A DNA stretch of 64,000 bases from Auanema rhodensis (taxonomy: Eukaryota; Animalia; Nematoda), in NCBI GenBank assembly GCA_964057225.1, contig OZ059895.1, positions 16,802,001 through 16,866,000 on the forward strand. Reading direction: 5' to 3'. The notes beneath the pieces are model-generated. The model was not told the origin of the DNA, searched no databases, and worked only from the letters and a program-made list of their open reading frames with translations. Positions 1 to 64,000 of this stretch are shown in pieces; position 1 is the stretch's first letter, and the number at the start of each line of letters is the position of its first letter. A program made the position numbers and the translations under genes.

Positions 1-709
1 AGAAAGATGAGTTAAATATAGGGAAAAATGAAGTAAATTGAATGAAATTTGATCGCAAGTTGAGAATAAAACAATAAAAGAGACGTGGAGAGAGAGCGCA
101 CTAAGAAGAGAAAAATGGAAACAAATGGAGAGGTAAAGTGGAGGGAAATACGACATTCATCTCATTTAAGAATATAATAAATTGATAATGAAATATAATA
201 TAGCATATAGTATATAGGTTTCAGAATAAAATAGAAATATCTATATATCTATATCCATATTTGATAATTAACCATGTACGTTGTACTGAATGAATTTCAA
301 TGACCCTCGACCTGTGTACCATACTAGCTCATGACCAAGCATTATTGATGAAACATGCTTAGGTTATGAGGATATACAGGATTGGACAAATGAATTACAA
401 GCAGAGAAAAGAAGAGAGAGATAGAGAGAGAGAATGGATGGGAGAGGATGAATGATTGAAAGAGCAGAAGATCTGAATAGATGAAGTAGGGGGAAAGGTT
501 CGACCAAGAGAAATGAGAAGAGAGAAAAGGAGAGAGGGAGGGAGCTAGGGTAAGCCGCTACTCTAAGAAGGGAAAATTTGATTGAAAGGTAAGAGGTGAC
601 ATAGTGGTTAAAGATCTAATAACATATTGAACATGTATCAGATAAATATTAATAATATAGAAAAATAATAATTTTCATTCATAATACCTTATAAGGACAA
701 CAACTAATG

Positions 710-713
<4 letters not shown>

Positions 714-753
<40 letters not shown>
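714..753. repeat. (GA)n microsatellite
   Basis: Direct read. Confidence 0.95.
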
Positions 754-760
<7 letters not shown>

Positions 761-1069
761 AACACTAGTAGATTGAAATCGCAGTTATATCTGAGATTGA
801 AGCCATTCATTAGTTAGTAGCTGAATGAGGAACAACTTGAAATGCTCAGGTAAATCATCATCAGACGGTAATATGTAGATGGACGATTGACACTGTTCGT
901 TCGTCTGCGTCATAGCACACAAAGTACACACATACTTCATTCACTTCATACGAGCATAAGGTGCAAAGCACAATTATTCATGAATTTGTTGTTTTTTTTT
1001 CAAATAGTAAGCACAAAATGAGCGACAACATGGAAGCATACAGCGATTTTGGAGGTAAAAGCAACTGAC

Positions 1070-59087
<58,018 letters not shown>

Positions 59088-59587
59088 CTGAAATAGCACA
59101 TAGATAACAATAACTGATTACAAATGTTCGCATTTTTTTAGAAAAAAAAAATTAGAAAAGTAAGAAATACGGTAAACAGTAGCAATGAGAGAAACAGCAT
59201 AAGAGAGAGAGAGAGAGAGGGGGGAATGAAATAGAAACAGCAATACAGAACTAGAAAGATCCCCCCAATATGAATTAAATTTTAGAAAAATCAGAAAAAA
59301 AAGAAAATATGAATGAAAATCACAATAATCATGATGTCAATTAAGTGAATTGATATACATAATAGAGCGTTATGCTTTCCTTAGAATATGCATGAAAGAC
59401 GCTTAAACGATAAGTTGGATAAGATTTTTCTTTTCTTTTAAAGAAAGAAAAATCTAAAAATTCAAAAAATAAAAAGTTCAAAAAGTAGAAAAGAAGAAGA
59501 TACAAATATATAAAAACCAACCAATTACATAAATTTAGAATATGGTAATGAAGAAGAAGAAATGGGAAAAGAATGACGCGACACATG

Positions 59588-59916
59588 TCACGTGGCGTGG
59601 AGAGTACGTGAAACGTGAAATTAGAATAGTTAAGTCAAATAAGGTATGTGCTTTGCATGTAAGTAAATGAAAAATAAAGTAAAAATAGAAAAAAATCTTG
59701 TTTACTATGTGAAAATAGTTTAGAAATAGCTTTTTCTATCTTTCATATTCTAAAGTTGGAAGATTTAAACTCTCTCTCTCTTTCTCTCTCTCTCACTCTT
59801 TCCCTGTGTCAGCCATTATGTCAGTGATTTTGTTTCAATTAATCTAAACTTGGCAGTTGTACTTGAGCAAATCTTCTGATTATAAGTAGGAAAAGATGTA
59901 AGCCAATGAGCCAATT
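59588..59916 (-). promoter_or_regulatory. Candidate upstream regulatory region (E-box/ACGTG cluster and tandem CCAAT)
   Basis: TCACGTG...TACGTGAAACGTGAAA at 59588-59620 and AGCCAATGAGCCAATT at 59901-59916, 0.5-0.8 kb upstream of exon 1. Confidence 0.3.
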
Positions 59917-60193
59917 AAACAGGAGCTGTAATCGGCTCAAACCCGACTAGCATGGAGAAATCATATCTCTCTCTCTCCCTATCCCTCTCTCTCTCTCTCT
60001 CTCTTTCTCTCTTTCTGTGTATAATGACAATATTCTTGCTAATTTCAATCTTCATCCCAACAATGTCGAACATAAAATAATCGACTTAATCAGAACATCA
60101 ACGAGCCTAATGAGACAAAACCCGAGAATACAGCTTGTGTCGTCATTGTCCAAGTCTAACGAAGAGTGACTTATTCTTCCTTTGCCCCTCCCC

Positions 60194-60243
<50 letters not shown>

Positions 60244-61534
60244 TTTAAAAGTTGTGCATGGTTTTAAGCTATATAGATATACATAACTATAACTATATAT
60301 ATATATATATATATAGTTGAAAATAGTTATTCAAAAAAAAAAAGAAATTTTGTCGTTAACTCGTTATTGAAGCCAAAAAAAAGTTTGAAAATTTAATTTG
60401 AAAAAAAAGGAAGAAAAAATGGACCAAAAAATGATAGAGAGTAAGAGAAGAAACTGGCTATTCGCTTCTAGATCTTATACTATATGTGTTCATCATGCTG
60501 ATGATGTTGCCTCAGCTATTCGTTCATGATGATGATGATGAGAATGATTATGAGGCTTATAGGAAGATGTGGTTAACTATATCCTCTATATAACCTTATA
60601 TGATTATGTAAAAAATAAATTTTCAAATTTATTTTCATCCATATATGCATATATGATTATGAGCAATTTGTATGAAATCGCAACAACAGACATTTATTTG
60701 GCTTGGCACATGCACCGATAATTTTGGATGTATGTGCTAGAAGCTGGTCCTTAAAGCTAGATCCATACATCTATTTAGCTCATTTCGTTGTTTTTCCGGC
60801 TAATTAGGAACGATTTAAGTGGCTCGATGGTCTGGTATGTCGTCCTAATGTTTATTGTTGGAGAACAACCTCAGATTCTACGATCATCATCAGTGGTCTG
60901 ACTCTGCTCCTCCTACTTTTCATCCTGGTCTTGGTGTTCCTCCTTCTCTCCGACCCCCTTACTACAGGGGGCACACATGTGGCAGCAATTAATTAGTTGG
61001 ATAGAGGAGTAAGAGGCAGCGACCCCAGAAATATTTTGAGGTCCAGATTTGTAAGAGGATTGAGAGAGAGAGAGATAGGGAGAAAAAGGCAGATAGAGAT
61101 AATGATAGAGAGAGAGAGAGAGGGAAAACACAGATACACATAAGAAGAGAAAGTGCGCTGGAGGTCGTTCGTAAAACCAGATGCACAAGACTCATAGATG
61201 CTCTCACACACACACACACACAATACAGCTTTTACAAACATTTTTGTGCCAGCTCACAAGCATATAGGATATAAATAAGCTTACAAGATCAATATACTAT
61301 ATCATATAATTTGTATAATTTATTTAATTATATTTAAAAATATGAAAAGTTAGGTAGAAAGAATATTTCATTATGAAAGCTTCAGACATTTCATCAATGA
61401 GGATTACGGTAATTACGCGAAGCAACGAGTTCTCAAAGGCGTCAAGGAACAAATGGTGTGGATGCCTCAAGAAAAAAAAAAGTTTTACAAATAAAATAAT
61501 TAAAAGAAAAATTATCTTTGAAGATTGAGAAAGA

Positions 61535-61581
<47 letters not shown>

Positions 61582-61949
61582 AGAGAGAGAGAAAACGATA
61601 TTAAGAGAGGTATAAGAATCCGGTTGGAAAATGCTGTATTTGGAGAAACAACTTGAGCAGTTTGATATAAATTTATATCGAAATTGCTGCAAATACTGAT
61701 AGAAGAATTGAAAAAAAAGATGAAAAAGACCAATTTTTTTCTTATTCTCAATTTCATTTTTTAACAGAAAAAGTGAGAATGAAAGTGTTTGGGTGATGAT
61801 TCGTGTTTCTTCGATTTTTTTTTCGATGAAATGGACTGAACAAAAAAAAATAAACAAGCTCATACGGTCACTAAATTTTTCAGAAAAAATTAGAGAATTA
61901 GAAGGAAATGGAAAATTATTGAAGGAAAAATAGAAAGAATAAGAGAGAA

Positions 61950-62050
<101 letters not shown>

Positions 62051-62234
62051 AGTAGAAAAAATGTACGAGAAATGAAGTAGAATAGATTGTTGACATGTAA
62101 AGTTTAAAAGCAAGAAAAGCAAATGAATAAAGTCAGTTACCATCTGGGTGGGAAGACATAGAGAAAGAGAATGAGAGATAAAGAGTTCTAATGAGGATTT
62201 GAAATCTGTATTTCCCTTTTATTTGGTTCACCTA

Positions 62235-62292
<58 letters not shown>

Positions 62293-63566
62293 CAATATGT
62301 TTTATTTAAAAAAATGAATTTGTTAGGAAGAAAAAGAAATAAAAACAAACAGAATCATCTTAACTATATGTTTAAAAGTATATCGTATAGTAAAGGTGGC
62401 ATAATGTGATGTGACACCGAGAAGTCGTTGAGAAGGGAAGAATCACTGTGCTAATCGCTGCTTCATCGATTCTATCGAACTTACAGCTAAAGCTCAACAG
62501 TTTCAACTTCAACATACGACTGGACAATGAACAATAGAACACCTCATGACATCATCCTATACCACTTGATACATGTTGATGTGGTTGGACGAATTCAGAA
62601 GGATTACGATGTATGAACAGGCAGATAGTAATAGATGACAAGAACATCATTGTGATGATAATGTGAATAAGTAAGAACAACGACGTTGACAAGATGAGGA
62701 GACGTAGATGATGATGAGATGAAGCCAGATGGGACACCCGATGCTGTATTCATCTTCATCTAGCCGCCATCATAAAGTTATTTCAATTGGTGTTGAGTTG
62801 ATTTCTCTGGCACATCAGTGAAGATATATACTCATTGGTTTCAACTACCTTCTCTCTCTCTTTCTGTTTCAATAGCTCTCTCTCTCTGTTTTGAAATCTG
62901 GCAAATGGATGACACACTAAACGAACGTCCTACGAAATTATAAATAAAATTTCTTAATTATATTAATATAAATAAATCACAAATAAGAAAATATGATAGA
63001 ATACAATTCAAATCTGATGAATAAGCAGTATCAGAGTAGTAGTAGCATGAGGAGTAACAGAAGGATGAGGACAATGAGGAAGACAAGAAGGGAGGGGCAT
63101 GAAGTTACGACGGCGACAACGACGACGACGATGACGACAATATTAGCGATTACGAATGCTTTCATCAATGGAAATTTTAGATGAAGTACGAAGATACAGA
63201 CATCGTATATCATATATCTTGCTTGAGTTTGATAAGCTGATACAAAGTTGATTATAGAAGAGAAAGAGCATCAGTATTAGGGTGGGGGGTGAGGGCAGAT
63301 GATGATGATGATGAGTTATATAAAGTATGAATGTAATACATGTGTATGCATATAAATGGTTAGTATGTAAAATAGAATATAAACATCATTTGACAAAAGT
63401 AAAAAAGAAAGAAAAAGTCCAAATTTGATATTTTGTGTAAAAGGTAAGAGAATAGCTATTCGTGTGTGAATGAATTTGAATAAATTAACGAGTACAGGTA
63501 TAGTTAATTCCATATAGAAATATTAGTTTTAAATTGAAAAATCGACATTTATGAATTTTCAAACCT

Positions 63567-63604
<38 letters not shown>

Positions 63605-63929
63605 TAAGAGGGCTACAGAGAGAGAGAAAGAAAGAAAGAGAAAGACAGCAGGAGAGGTAGGAAAAAGAGGAAGAGAGGGAATAAATGAAGCTAAACAGAG
63701 TGAACTGAAACATTCAATCTTTACATCTTCAATTAGATATAACTACTTATAACTATATGCATATGGTTAGTGAGTAGAATAATTGACTACTGTAACAATT
63801 ATGAAGCTAAGACACAGATATCTGGATGAACTATGCAAAATAGAACACACAAATTCTTTAAATCATTTCCTTATTCTTTTTCTCTCTTTATCTCTCAAGG
63901 TAGATTGAGAAAAATAGAGAAAGAGAGAG

Positions 63930-63975
<46 letters not shown>

Positions 63976-64000
63976 TATCAACTACATGGAGGTTTTGGGG

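Noticed and set aside
60680-61190. Upstream coding exon of zfh-2
   Set aside because: ATG-initiated frames stop early or lack a phase-1 donor.

Overview
This is AT-rich eukaryotic DNA, most likely from a nematode (TTTCAG-type splice acceptors, many 49-104 nt introns). Almost the whole window is one minus-strand gene, the zfh-2 / ZFHX3-ZFHX4 (ATBF1) class zinc-finger homeobox transcription factor. I spliced 24 GT-AG coding exons by hand, from 59087 down to 1070. They total 3140 nt, all phases are compatible, and there is no internal stop (about 1046 codons). They encode about 12 canonical and 2 atypical C2H2/matrin-like fingers plus the first homeodomain. The gene runs off the left edge, and the 5' end may or may not lie in the window. 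Introns are either tiny or very large (up to 14.9 kb) and are full of (AG)n/(CT)n and (ATC)n microsatellites. Nearly all ORFs in the supplied track are microsatellite artefacts. I found no RNA gene, autonomous transposon or CRISPR array, and I cannot demonstrate a new biological system. The best leads are regulatory and splicing-related: a hairpin-masked candidate poison exon just before the homeobox, a candidate 27-nt microexon, candidate recursive splice sites, internal promoter-like elements, a dispersed AACTATA...TATAGTT palindrome family and repeated ACGTG(AAA) clusters.
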